A DNA stretch of 64,000 nucleotides from Podarcis cretensis (lineage: Eukaryota). The DNA lies in NCBI GenBank assembly GCA_951804945.1, contig OX638152.1, forward strand, positions 35,588,001-35,652,000, given 5' to 3'. The first letter of the stretch is position 1; each line of letters opens with the position of its first letter. The notes beneath the pieces were generated by a model. It searched no databases. It worked only from the letters and a program-made list of their open reading frames with translations, and was not told the origin of the DNA. Of the stretch, positions 22,724 to 35,790 are shown piece after piece. The position numbers and the translations under genes are program-made.

Positions 22724-24155
22724 CAGCGGTGCCCAAACTTTTCTCAAAGAGGGCCAGATTTGATGAAGTGAACATGTGTGAGGGCCGACCATTTTGCTTG
22801 ACGTTCTTTGAACCATTAAAATTAAATGCAAATTATATGCAAAGTAAATCAAATACAAATTAACTATTTTATGCAAAGTTCATTGCAAACGACATACTTT
22901 TCATTCCGTCACATGGATGACAAATCTAAACAGGTGTTAAATCACTCTGCCTTTCATATCTGAAGGCCAGATAAAAAACCAAAACCAGGAAGCTGAAATA
23001 TATGTCAGGAAGATTGTAAAGTGGATTAAAGCTTGTCTGTCAACTTTTAAGTTCAAAAAATATGAACAGCAACATAACACCAGATATACATGTGTCCAAA
23101 TATATTTATACCTGATTTAGACCAACTGACATTAACTGAAATTTGACAATGTATTCATCTCAATTCAAAACAAACCTTGCCTGCACTAATGTGAAGGGTG
23201 AAACTGAGATCTGGACTGCAGCATCACATAGGCTAGGTCTGGTTCAAAGGTAGTGGTCTTGTCCTCACATGGTTCTTGTTATAAACAGCCACAGTCTCTT
23301 GGCATATCAGACACACACAGTGATTCCGTATTTCAGTAAAGAAATATTCCACTTTCCACCTGTCCTGGAAGCAGCAGCCCTCACTGTCAACTTTCCTTCT
23401 CTTATTTACAGTCACCATTTTAAAAATTGGCCAGAAGGGGAAGAGATCATGTGAGCAAAGTGCCAGAGGTTTTGGTCCAAGTGTGTTTGCCCAAGCCCAA
23501 ATGAATCCTCAATAAAACATTTGTCAACAGATTTGGCCAGCTCGTTCCCACCAGGAAGAAAATATTTCCCCTGCAAATGAAAGAAGAAGGTCTCGGGAGT
23601 TGATTTGTCAGAGCATAGATCTTTTCCGCAGTCGACAGCTTGAGGAGACTGCATGGATAGAACTGCTATTTTCCCTGATGGCGCAACGAAACCAGATGTT
23701 ATCTGTGTTAGAACAACCAAAGGTACCATGTGCCTATTGCACCAAACAGCTACAGCTCCCAAAATACATATGAGGAAATAGCTATTGAACCCACAAGTTT
23801 GCAAGAAATGCAAATGTAGGCTTTCAGAAATCTATGGGACTTCATGTTCAGGAAGATGGGGTTATGAAACAAAGACTGCTGTCCCAGCGTTATCCATCAA
23901 CCCATCTTTCCATTTTTGTCCCACCTGTCTCCAAGGAGCTCAAGGCAGTCTATGTGGTTCTTCTCCCCTGCCCTCACTTTAACTCTCACAGCAGCCCTGT
24001 GAGGTGGGTTAGGCTGGGAAAAAGTGACTTCCCCCTAAACCACAGCAGTGAGTTTTAAGTAAGAGTGGCAATTTGAAGATGGTTCTCCCCCAGGCCTCTA
24101 ACCACTACATCACAATGGCTTTCAAACTTCTGAAAGGAAGGAAGATATGAGTAGG

Positions 24156-24206
<51 letters not shown>

Positions 24207-24614
24207 TACACACACAAACACATGCGGTGGGAAAGAACATTTGAATACTATAAATATGCACACAATTGGGCGTTTCGCAGCATAAAAACACAATATAAAA
24301 ACAACGCATAATGAAAATAGAAATAAAAACAAGAGCAACCCAATCATTCCACCACACATTTTAAAAGCACCCACTGGAAGAGCAACATCAGCCAAGCGAC
24401 CAATCATGCAGTGCCACTGCCGAAGATGCACCAATCGCAGCCTGCCTTGCCCGCCTCTAACCTTCCTTGGTGGAGCGTTGGCTCCAGGGGAGAGCAAAGC
24501 AGAGCAGCAGGCGCTCAGGGGCCGCAACAGATTGATTTCTACAAATTGCCTGTGGGGCCATTTTAAACCAGGCTGCGGGCTGCAATTGGTCTGCGGGCCG
24601 GACTGTGCACATGG
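22724..24614 (-). mobile_element. internally deleted hAT-Charlie DNA transposon with transposase N- and C-terminal remnants
   Basis: left end cagcggtgcccaaac; KRRKVDSE..FQDRW..YFF..CVCLIC..VAV (23280-23418) and TTTFEPDL..QFHPSH* (23186-23260); right boundary uncertain (6/8 TSD match). Confidence 0.75.
24157..24203. repeat. (GT)n microsatellite
   Basis: read directly. Confidence 0.95.
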
Positions 24615-26799
24615 CTTACAAGGTGTCTGGCTGGGTGCTGGCAAATGTATTCAGGACCGAAATGCCAATTTTGGTTGTTGTCGACTGACAACAGTAAGGA
24701 ATTCCATGCTAAAAATAGGTTCTTAAATGTAGATTTATTGAGCTTACTCAGGACAGCTAGTGGTAATAACCTTGAACAAATTTATACATAAAATTTGGCA
24801 ATTCCCACCAAATCATGCTTTACCCACATCAGCCAGACACTTGCATTGAGCACACAGGTGCATTGGCAACCTTTTTTTTTATTAAAAAAAGGAAGCCTGA
24901 TTTATTATACGCAAAAACTATGTACAATATACTTATAAAAGAGTAAAGTCCCATTAGTTGCTCTATTTCCGTAGCATAATTTTATAAATTAATATACAAG
25001 TATACTGCATTTTTATACAACTTTATGCATTGATGTATGTATCTGTTTATCTGCTGATCACTTTAGGAAACTTGGAGTGTACAGTATATACATATAATAT
25101 GTTTATATTAAATGTATAAGATGCAGTCATGATTTTTACTTTTAGCAGAACCAGTAAAAAATATCTGCGTTTTGTCAAGGTCAAGATTTTCAGAAAATTT
25201 CATTCCTAAGTGGAAACTAGGAAAAACCAGAGTTGGCTCATGAAAACATATATACTCAGTAATAGCTGAACTAGTAAGAATGAAAGGAATGTATAAATGA
25301 AATATAAAATGGCAGCATAAAAATAAATTGTAAAAAAGAATTTGAGATAACGTGTACTATATGGGTGGTTATGGAAATGTGGAAAAAATCCTGTAAATAA
25401 AGAAACAATTGAAAATTAATCTGAAGGACAATATTAATCACACAAGAACAATTAGCTAACGGAAACAGGCTGATAACTTCCAATAGAGCACATTTATTTT
25501 TGATCCTTAAATTGCATCATTTCCCTAAAATTCTCACTAGTCTAAACTGGTTTTTTTTAAATGGGAGTTTCCCACCTATTCAGCAATTTAATTTAATGAT
25601 TAAACAGGTGAGGGAAAGAATTATAGCTATCAATCGAAAGCTGGGATCCGAGGAACAGGTTTCTGTGGATTTAGGGTGGAAAGCAAGAGAGATGAATCCA
25701 GGAGGAGCCAAATGGAAAATTAGTTCAGGTAGTAACAGAGAGGAAATATCTAAAATGGGAGAGTGGAGTCTGAGTCTCACAAGGTGATAAAGGAAAAATT
25801 AAAAATCTAGCATGAACCATTGAAACAGCCCAAATGGGAAAGTATCAAACATGCACACAGTTGACCCACTTCTCCAAATAATCTGTAAACAGTAATCTGG
25901 ACAGCATCCATGAAAAATTTAGTAGAAGACGCCATAGTATGATACTATGAAATCTGGAGGTGGAGCTTCACTTTTTGTAAAATACTGTAATAACAAAATA
26001 GTGACCCATAATAAGTCTGCAGTACTTAAACAAGTGGGAACCACTGCCTTATATCCCTTATATGAATTTTATTGCTATATTTCTGTTGGCTACCTCAGTC
26101 TACAAAAGCAGATAGATATTAAAAAACAAACTTTGTAGGAGTCCTATGCAGTTTTGATGTGGCCACCCCACTTCAGAAGTCTGAGTAGAGAAAACAATTT
26201 GATTTCTTGCCCATTCATTAGTTCTCCAGCCAAAGGCCTAGACACAGAAATCAAGATGTCCAAATGCATGACAATATCTTGAACTGGGGTCAATGTTAGC
26301 AGTCTGAATATTCTTTTGAAATGAGATATAAGAACAATCTAGCAGTAAAAAAAAAAATGTACACAAATGAACATAAGTTATGCAAGCAAAGAATTAAAAG
26401 GTTGAAATCGGAAGGCTATTATTTTTTTCTCTTAACATGTAGATTTACTTTACAAGGTTTCCTGCAAAAGTAGAAACCCTTTTTTGAAAGAAAACAGTAT
26501 TGCTTTGGGCATAGTTTAAGATCCAGCTGCAATGGTGGATATCAAGCAATTACCTGCAATCTTTACTACCTCTCCAGATTCACCGTACCATAATTTTTCA
26601 ATGCTTAATATTGCAAGAGACACACCTTGTTCTCCTCTCATTGATTACCATGATGCAGAACACCACAGTCCCTAGCAATTAACTTGTTTTGAAAGTTTGA
26701 TCATTTGCTGAAAGTGATTCCCATAACCGGAAAAGTGAGTGATGCAAATTTCAAAAGTGGCAGAGCGATCAAATCATTGCCTTTCAATTTTATAACTAA

Positions 26800-27180
26800 G
26801 GGTTTGGCCCTGAGTACTCTTGGACGTTTTAATCTGATACCGTGTAATACGGTATATCTGAAGGAGCGTTTCCACCCCATCATTCTACCCAGACACTGAG
26901 GTCCAGCGCCGAGGGCCTTCTGGTGGTCCCTCACTGCAAGAAACCAAGTTACAGGGAACCAGACAGATGGCCTTCTCGGAGTGGCACCCGCCCTGTGGAC
27001 ATCAGTTGTCAAGGAGAACTACCAGACTTTTAGAAGACAACTGAAGGCAGCCCTGTTTAGGGAAGCTTTTAATGTTTGATGTATTACGGTATTTTAATAT
27101 TTTGTTGGAAGCCACCCAGAGTGGCTGGGGAAGCCCAGCCAGATGGGCGGGGTATAAATAATAAATTATTATTATTATTA
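26800..27180 (+). mobile_element. L2-clade LINE 3' end with (TTA)n tail
   Basis: inverse copy of the 19556-19911 element. Confidence 0.75.
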
Positions 27181-27390
27181 TACGCTTCAGGTTACAGACT
27201 CCGCTAACCCAGAAATAGTGCTTCAGGTTAAGAACTTTGCTACAGGATGAGAACATAAATTGTGCTCTGGCGGCGCGGCGGCAGCAGGAGGCCCCATTAG
27301 CTAAAGTGGTGCTTCAGGTTAAGAACAGTTTCAGGTTAAGTACGGACCTCCGGAACGAATTACAGTAAGTACTTAACTGAGGTACCACTG
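27181..27390. mobile_element. Tigger-like MITE, left end missing
   Basis: near-identical to 33562-33803; right TIR gaggtaccactg-TA. Confidence 0.8.
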
Positions 27391-27677
27391 TACATTTATT
27401 CAAGTGCTGCTTGTCTTCAAATTTCCCATGTTTATGTTTCGTTTCGCCTGTGCCTCCTGCTTTTCTCCATCCTCCAGCAAAATATATGATGCTCATACCC
27501 AGATATGCTTGTTTTCTACCTGGCTTGTGGTGATGGTAATAACAATGATCGCACTTTCTTCTTTATGGCTGTGCATCTGTGTACCATACAGCCTGCTGAG
27601 ACACAATTTTTTGTGGCTCTAAGACAGTACAAAAGAAGATATGCATGAATGAAAAATGATGATGAAAGGAACTGACA

Positions 27678-27767
27678 CATAGCTGTCAACATTTTCCCTT
27701 TTTAAAGGGAAATTCCCTTATTCCGAATAGGATTTCCCTTAAAAAAAGAAAAAAGTTGACAGCCATC
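27678..27767. mobile_element. short MITE (TIR catagctgtcaac)
   Basis: imperfect TIRs, direct repeat aactgaca on both sides. Confidence 0.7.
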
Positions 27768-27844
27768 AACTGACAGGAAAAGCTTTCAGGAAGTTCTATA
27801 CAGGTTGCACGCACACTATATCTTCAAACCACATTCAGATTTTT

Positions 27845-28248
27845 TTTTTTGTTTGCTTAATATACTGCCCTATACCCAGAGGTCTCAAGGCAGTTCACAA
27901 AATAAAATCAAAATATAAAACTGCACAATACATAATCAAAATAAAAACAATACCCCCCCCAAAAAACACACATTTTAAATTGCCATAGGATGTAAATCAG
28001 AACAACCAAAGGCCTGGTTAAAAAGGAACGTTTCTGCCTGGAGCCTAAAGGTGCATAATGAAGGTGCCAGGCAAAGTCCCTGGGGAGAGCATTCCTCAGA
28101 CGGGGAGCCACTGCAGAGAAGGCCTGTTCTCGTGTTGCCACCCTCCAGACCTTTCGTGGAGGCACACAAAGTAGAGCCTCAGAAGATGATCTCAGGGTCT
28201 GGGTAGGTTCATATGGAAAGAGGTAGTCCTTGAGGTATTGTGGTCCTT
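27845..28248 (-). mobile_element. L2-clade LINE 3' fragment
   Basis: ORF 27908..28348 contains GPQYLKDYL..Y.P...LRSS...L.VP...AFSAVAPRL.NALP, typical of an L2 ORF2 C-terminus. Confidence 0.8.
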
Positions 28249-28602
28249 CAATGGATTTCCCTTGAATAATTCTAGACATTATAGTTCCCCCTTCACAGAG
28301 TTCCAAGCAAGGAGGAGAAAAAAAAAAGTGTCTCAAAAGTACTTGCAATACCTAAAATTAGCCACTAGATGGGGCGGTATGGCAATCTTTTTTTATTTCT
28401 TGGTGCTTTGTTGACAACATTATTGTACTGTTTAGATAAAATCAAACCTATATTCATTTAAGAGTCACCCAGCAATCAGTCGGTGATGGAAGAAAGTGCC
28501 CAAAGTTTGAAGGATATAGTATTTTCAATTTACACCTTCCTGTCAATCCTGATATTTGCAAACAAAAGTTATACAGCCTGATCAATGAGGATAATACTGT
28601 AT

Positions 28603-28735
28603 ATGTTTGATGAAATGGACTCTAGTCCATGAAAGTTTATCCTATAACACATTTCTTAGTCTTTAGGGAGCTTCAAGGCTTGTTGTTGTTGTTGCTGCTG
28701 CTGCTGCTGCAGAGTAATGCTGCTACCCCTCTAGA
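28603..28735 (+). mobile_element. old Penelope-like terminal repeat with decayed hammerhead motif
   Basis: tTGATGA-a-atggactctagtccat-GAAA-gtttat followed by ttagtcttta..gctacccctct. Confidence 0.6.
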
Positions 28736-29139
28736 ATATTTTAAGAATCCTTCCTCGGATCAGACTGAATCCAGACAATATTGATTTCAGCAGGAACTAA
28801 CTTTTCACAAGGTGATTTATTTTCAACCGCCTTAGGTTGTGATGATATACATACATACTTGTAAGTCCCATTGAACTCACTGGGGCTTAATTCTGAGTAA
28901 AGATGCGTAGTTAGTCAAGTTCTAACCCATTACATGTTGCTCTGATTCTTTTTGAAGACCACTTTTGTTTTACAAAATGAAGCTCCTGAACCTTAAATTT
29001 GTATGTGTGTATGGTGGGGGGGGGGAGGGGGGAGGTTCTTAACTTTTCCCCATCAGGTGTGTCAACAGAACTTCGAATGCTCAGTACACAATATGTGGAT
29101 TGGACCCTCCACTCTATTAACAAAAGAGGATCCAATTTG

Positions 29140-29178
<39 letters not shown>
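29140..29178. repeat. (AATC)n microsatellite
   Basis: read directly. Confidence 0.95.
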
Positions 29179-30829
29179 GGCATACAGCATGTCTTATGCA
29201 GATGTGTATCCTCTTTTGCAGATGATGTGGAGGGTCCAAAAATAAATCAGGGGCCACACACAAGTAATAAAAAGTCTGACAGAGTTTTATTAACAGGTGA
29301 CACTTTCCTTATAATTTAGAAAATAGAAACCTAAGAAGACTGCTGGTTCAGGCCCAAAGCCCATCTAATCCAGTTTCCTGTTCTTTACAACAACCAACTA
29401 GATGCTCATGGGAAGCCCGCAAGCAGAACATGAGTGCAACAGCACCCTCCCCACCTGTGAGAAAAACTTTCATGAGTCATGAGTCTCATGAATCACAAAC
29501 CAGTTATGTTACTGTAGGTCTTTTATTGATTGATCTTAGGCTGACAGTACTACATTCAGAGCACTACCAAGAGTAGAATTTCTGCTTATGAGGTGGGGGA
29601 GGGGGCTCCCAAGAGATTTAAGATTTACAGCAACCAAATCTGGGATGCCCATGAATGGATAAATCCAAGATTAACCCTGTTAAATAGCAAGCAGTGTATT
29701 CCAGCAACATTTGTTGTGTGGTTCTCCTAATAACTGCAGCAATATTATCATCACAGGTCAAACAACGTTCCCTTTCCTCCTTGTGTTTTGGATTTGAACC
29801 ACCAACATGAATACACAGTATTATGCATTCATTTTTAGGGCTCGTTCATATCTGGTTGAGCTTAAATAGGCTTTAAGTAGTTAGCGCCAAGGAGAGTTTT
29901 GCATGTCTGAACTCAGCAGAACATCGCCCTCGCACCCACTCATCTAATCCCAACTATCTCGGTTCTAAATTTCTTCATCAGCGTGAATCACCCTTGTCTT
30001 TTGCATGCCCTTTCTTTCTGCCTGGTTCAGCTTTAGGAAGAGAAATTAAAGAGAAATTAGCTGCTGGTCTTCTCTATCCCCCCCCCCCCCCAGTTTCTGT
30101 CATTTTTTCCTGACTGGTGCTTTCCACACACAAGCTCTTGCGCTATTTTCATTATGTTTCTCTTGGCACTGGAAGTGTGAAAGGAGAAAGTATAAGTAAT
30201 TTTGAAGCAGCCGTTCACAGAAATGAAGTATGAAGGATTTATAAAAGCGTCAAGTAGGAGGCATAAATGGGTAACTCTTATACACACACATTGACAGGCA
30301 GGAGAGAAATCCAGAAAGGTTAGCAACGTTCCCACCACTCTTGCCAAATTTTGCAGCTACGTATGAAAGGTGCTTTTGTCTTACAGGTCAGGTACTTTGT
30401 CATACTTAACAAATTCTTACCACTTGAAATAAGGAAGATTTTTCCACAGCTGCAAGCACTCAGGCGGAGTTGGATCGAGGAGTTATGGCTCTGCCACTGT
30501 GCTGCTTTCATGATTTTGAGTGTTCTCTTTCCCCTCAGTTCTTTCTCAAGATCTTTCCTTGCTCCGTAGAAAACATAATTCCAAATAGTTCTGCCACCTT
30601 GTGCTGCGACTCTGCCTCCTGCTTAGCATAGAGTAGAGCAGTTGACATGGTGCCATTCAGATGTGGTGGACTACAAGTCCCAATCATCTCTGGCCATTGG
30701 CCATGCTAGCTGGGACTGATGGGAGTCGGGAGTCCAGCAATATATGGAGGGCACCATATTGACTACTTGTGGAGCAGAGTGAAGTTTTTTTTAAAGACAG
30801 CAATCCTATGGTCACTTACCTTGGGTGTG

Positions 30830-31150
30830 GTAAAGGTAAAGGGACCCCTGACCATTAGGTCCAGTTGTGACCGACTCTGGGGTTGGGATGCTCATCTCGC
30901 TTTATTGACCGAGGGAGCCAGCGTACAGCTTCCGGGTCACGTGGCAGCGCACGGAAACGCCATTTACCTTCCCGCCAGAGCGGTACCTATTTATCTACTT
31001 GCACTTTGACGTGCTTTTGAACTGCTAGGTTGGCAGGAGCAGGGACCGAGCAACGGGAGCTCACCCCGTCGAGGGGATTCGAACCACCAACCTTCTGATT
31101 GGCAAGTCCTAGGCTCTGTGGTTTAACCCACAGAGCCACCCACGTCCCTT
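30830..31150 (-). mobile_element. Sauria SINE with internal deletion
   Basis: gtaaaggtaaagggacccctgacc...; 10-bp TSD cttgggtgtg at 30820-30829 and 31151-31160. Confidence 0.9.
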
Positions 31151-32859
31151 CTTGGGTGTGAGTTGCACTGAAATTGGTGGGCCTTAGTACTCAGCAAAAC
31201 ATAACACATGGAGTCACATCATCGGTCCATTGAGTGGGCACAATACTATTGCCTACTATTACAACTGACAGCAGCTCTTCAGACAGAGGCCATCCCACCC
31301 CTGATCCTAAAGCTCCTTTGAATCAGAGATACCTTGGACATTCTGCATATAAGGTATCTGCAAGACCCCTAAGCTATGTCCTCTCCCTAGCATTTTAACT
31401 TCACAGAGCATGAGGCAGGGACCTGAGTTTGAAGGCTGACAGCTAAAACGCTAATGAGAGCACCAAGGCTAAGCTATGCAACCAGACAGCTGAGGCAAGG
31501 GCTGTATCATTTGACACTGTGGACTGTTGCTACTCCACCACAGATAAAGGCAGGCTGTGCTTCCTCAGGTGTTGTTGAGATGTCAGCTCCCATTGCCCAT
31601 ATTGCCTGGGGCTGATTGGAGGAGAAAAGGAGAACGCTACTTGCCTGTGTTCATCTTTGAAATCCAATGGGTACAAAAAGCTAACATGATAACCAGTTTT
31701 CTCAACACATTTAAAAGGAAGGTTCTGTTGTGCATTACCTTTGGTGCATCTGGATATGCCAGGGCAAATGCATACAACAAAATGACTGTTTTGATAGGTT
31801 TGGGAATTTTAGGGTCCCTCCAGACTGTTATGTTTTTTGCAGGAGGGATTCAAGTGCATACCAACATATTTAGGTTTGCACAATGAAAGTGGATTAAAGT
31901 GCCCTGTTGCTTTAGCTCATTCCCCCCCCCCTTTACCAGACTTTTTTAGGGTTTGGAAAGGAAAAGCAAAATGCATTCAAAAGTGTGGAATAAACGAAAG
32001 ATTAATGGGGAGATATATGAACAGCCCACAAGCAAGTCAGCATGCTTGAGCATAATAAATGCTAATTGTTATACAACTTCCCAGAAGACATATCAGAATG
32101 AATAGTCAATCACAACCATATTCAATCAAACCTTGTGCAAGCATGTGATGAATGCTCAATAAACAGATCCCCTGGAAGAGCCCTTAACTGGTTTGGAACT
32201 GCCCAACTGGGCACATTGTGTTCTGCTCTCAGAATTTGATTCACAGCCCCCAACACATATTCTTCCCAGTCACTGTATTGATTAATACTCAATGGGTAGT
32301 CATTTTAGATCCTTCCTGGCTCATAAGAATGTAAGGAGATCCTGCTGATCAGGCCAATGGTCCATCTAGTTCAGCATCCTGTTCTCACAGTGGCCAACCA
32401 GAAGCCGATGGAAAGCTCACAAGCAGGACATGCGCACCAAAGCCCTATCCTCTCCTGTGGTTTCTAGCAACTGGTATTCAGAAGCATTGATGCCTCTTAC
32501 CATGGAGGCAGCCATCGTGGCAAATAGTCATTGACAGTCTTATCCTTCCTGAATTGGTCTAATCCCCCTTTAAAGCCATCCAAATTGGTGGCCATAGCAA
32601 ACACACTTATTTCAGGATCTGCCTTTAACATGTGTAATGTACTCTTGTAGTCTAATCCTTTCTGTATTTCCTTTACTGAGCTCGAAGCTTACTCCCACAA
32701 TAACGTGTGCAGGATTGTCTTGAACATTTTAATCCTGTGTAGAGCAAGGCATCCCTAAGGCAGTTGACTTCAGTGGACAGGCACACCTAGCTGCATAGGA
32801 CTGGACTGCAAATGATGAAATGTATCTGCTCCTTGGAACAAGTAGCTTAAAGCGATTAA

Positions 32860-33380
32860 GGCCGGCGGTGTTGTGCATCGACACAATCCGATGATGTAAT
32901 TATATAGCATCTCTCGAGAGAACGGGAAGGCTTCACCCACTCAGCGTTTCCTGGCTACATGGAAAGTTTCAAAACGATCATCTTTGCGAAGGGGTAGCAG
33001 CAATCTTGGGCATCTTTCCGCTTACTCAGACAGGAGAGGGCAGAGGTTCACACACGCTTGCTTCATGCCCACAGTATCTGCTGTAGGCAGTGCTGAGGCA
33101 GGAGGCGGAGGGAAGTCCCGGGGAAGAGGCTCCACAATGAATTCATGCATCTGCCTCTGGCATCTGGCGCTGGCGCTCGTTCTGCAAAAACAGGCTCAGG
33201 AGATGTATGCAAGCCTGTGTAGATGCTAGTAGGCTGTAAAATTCTGTGGCTGCTTTCTCAAGCTGGTATGGTACACCCTGACGTAAGTGCGATTATGCAC
33301 ACGTATACCCCAGTTGCCATGGGTATTTTATCCAGTATGCTTTGAAAACCATGTTGCTGGAAATCTTCATACTTTTAACT
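32860..33380. promoter_or_regulatory. candidate inflammatory enhancer
   Basis: GGGAAGTCCC 33110-33119, GGAAAGTTTC 32961-32970, TGATGTAAT 32892-32900, TGACGTAA 33279-33286, X-box-like GTTGCCATGGGTAT 33313-33326; locally raised CpG in non-repeat DNA. Confidence 0.45.
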
Positions 33381-33561
33381 CTAGCTTTAATGTAAACTGA
33401 TTGAAGATTTCAGTCACTGGCAAGTGCTTGGTTGTGCGAGTCTAATATGCCAATCCTTTCCTCATCACTGACTACTGCTTAAACCCATCTTGAAACGACA
33501 TAGGATGGATAAGGTGAGATATAAATATACCGTACTTAATAAATAAAATTAAATGAGTGTA

Positions 33562-33803
33562 CAGTGGTACCTCAGGTTGCATATGCTTCAGGTTACATAC
33601 GCGTCAGGTTACAGACTCCACTAACCCAGAAATAGTGCTTCAGGTTAAGAACTTTGCTTCAGGATGAGAACAGAAATCGTGCTCCGGCGGCGCAGCGGCA
33701 GCAGGAGGCCCCATTAGCTAAAGTGGTGCTTCAGGTTAAGAAGAGTTTCAGGTTAAGAACAGACTTCCAGAACGAATTAAGTACTTAACCCGAGGTACCA
33801 CTG
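33562..33803. mobile_element. Tigger-like MITE
   Basis: TIRs cagtggtacctc / gaggtaccactg, TA TSD. Confidence 0.88.
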
Positions 33804-34597
33804 TATCAATTTCCCCAGCTCTCTAGCACACACATCAGACATTTTCATCCATTCAAACCTACTGGCTCCAATCCAGCGCTCATGAATATTTTCCCAGAGG
33901 TACAGAACTGCTGATGGAAATGTAGGCAGATCTGGCCTCCCTGGGGCAGAACATCCTGCTTGGTAACTGCTCTGGAATCTAGAGAGCTAAGTTGGAGATA
34001 GATTTGTGATATCCACCAACTCAAAATGAGTCAGATCCCCTAAGCCATGCAGGTGCCTTCAACGGCTGAACTTTTAAGAAAGGGCTCGTGTTTCTTGCGC
34101 TGTTTATCTGAGCCCTGTGACGTGGAATGCCTTTATGGTTGCCTGCATGTCACTGTCCGGTTGAGAGAAGGGAACAAAGCACCCCAGGACATCATTGCTG
34201 CCGTACTGAGATTGGGAATGACCGTCAGTACGGCTGGGCCCGAGTCTTGTGGTACAGGAACTGGGCCCATCCACACCTGTCCCTCTTCCTGTTTTGGTGG
34301 TAACTTCATAGTGCACTGGTCTTTCCTGCCATGCTCTGAGGGAACTGGTTCCATTATTTCTCCTGCCACATCCTCATCCCCAGTCCTGGCTGGCTATCTG
34401 TCAGCTTCTGTACAAGGCTTCTCAGTGTTATGAACCCTTAAAGGAGAGAGGGGGACTACTTAGATGAAAAGCCCAGTGGGTCGTAGAGATGTGCTGAATT
34501 TTATACAGAAGTGTAAAGTTATGAATGAGAGAGCACCATATATCGCAAAGTACTCCAAAGCAACACTTGACCACACTACACGTAGGTGGCTTTAGAT

Positions 34598-34733
34598 CAG
34601 TGTTTCCCAACCTTGAGTCTCTAGCTGCTTTTGAACTACAGTTCTCACCATCCCTGACCACTGGTCTTGCTAGCTAGGCGTGATGGGAGTTGTGGTCCAA
34701 AAACAGCTGGAAACCCAAGGTTGGGAAACACTG
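34598..34733. mobile_element. hAT MITE
   Basis: TIRs cagtgtttcccaaccttg / caaggttgggaaacactg; 8-bp TSD ctttagat. Confidence 0.9.
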
Positions 34734-35189
34734 CTTTAGATAGATAAGACAGCTAGATAGAGGCAATTGCCCTGAAGAAAATGATCATAACTTTCTTTTA
34801 TCTCCTGTTGGGCCAGGTTTTGTCACTGCCAAGGTCAGAGTTACTTTATTTTAGTTTCAAAAATCAAACGGAATATTTACAGGATACCACTTCTTGCTCT
34901 GCAAGCATTTTCTCAAAACCAGTAAATGCACTCGCTTCTCCTTTTTTTTGCTCACTCTGACCAGCCTATTGACCATGTTGACAACCTTGGCTGGAGAGGA
35001 GAGACATTCCTAAAGACCCAGTGGATCCTTGCTGGCACGCACACACACACACACACACACGCCCGGCCTAGGAAAGTTACCATTCCCACAGAAAGCAAAA
35101 GTCCATCCAAAATGGAAAGCGAAAGGACTCCGGTTTTCATAAAGAACTTCGTGCAGGTCTCTAAAAACAAACAGATCTTTTGACTGCCT

Positions 35190-35790
35190 TTAACGACCGG
35201 TGTGCAGCGCTATTTGCATCGAGGACAACAACAAAAGCACCCCTGGAGCCTTGACTAGCAGTCCTCTCCGTCGTCAGGGCACCGGTCCGGGTTTTCCGGC
35301 AACTCAGCGGGGTGGGGAACGTCCCGGTGACCGGCTCGCCCAGCGAGGGAATTTCCTCCATGCCGAAAAAGTCCGAGCTGCAACTCTCGTCCCTCCACCC
35401 CGACTTCCTCTCTCACGTCACGACATTCCCCTTTCACCCCTCCCCCTTTTAACCATTGCAACACCAACCAGGCAACTCAGGACTGAATCACAGGCGATAA
35501 GGATATCGGGGCGTGCGGGGGGTGGGGGGGGGTGGGGGTGGGGAGGAAAGAATCCCCGAAGACCTCGAGCTTCGTTGTGAAACTTTCCCTTCTGGCTGGA
35601 GAGGCAGCGCGTGGCGGTGACGGGTTTGGGGCGGGGGGAGCTTCTGCCGGCAGAAATTTTAAGCCTCCGAGGGAAATGTTCGCTTTGCCATAGAGACGGA
35701 GCGCATAAGCAGCTGAGGACCCGTTAAGCAGCCGGGAAAACCATCTAGCTCGTTCCCTGAAACCTAGCTTCACTCCCGAGACATGAAGGT
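35190..35790 (+). promoter_or_regulatory. NFKBIZ: kB-rich CpG island, probable distal NFKBIZ promoter and non-coding first exon (candidate donor AAG|GTATAT after 35788)
   Basis: GGGAATTTCC 35347-35356, GGGGAACGTCCC 35314-35325, GGGTTTTCC 35289-35297, GAAACTTTCCC 35579-35589, CRE-like TCACGTCA 35413-35420; about 22 kb upstream of the ATG. Confidence 0.65.

Noticed and set aside
23412-23813. 133-aa minus-strand ORF
   Set aside because: Lies within the hAT element leader and crosses its putative splice acceptor; no recognisable domain
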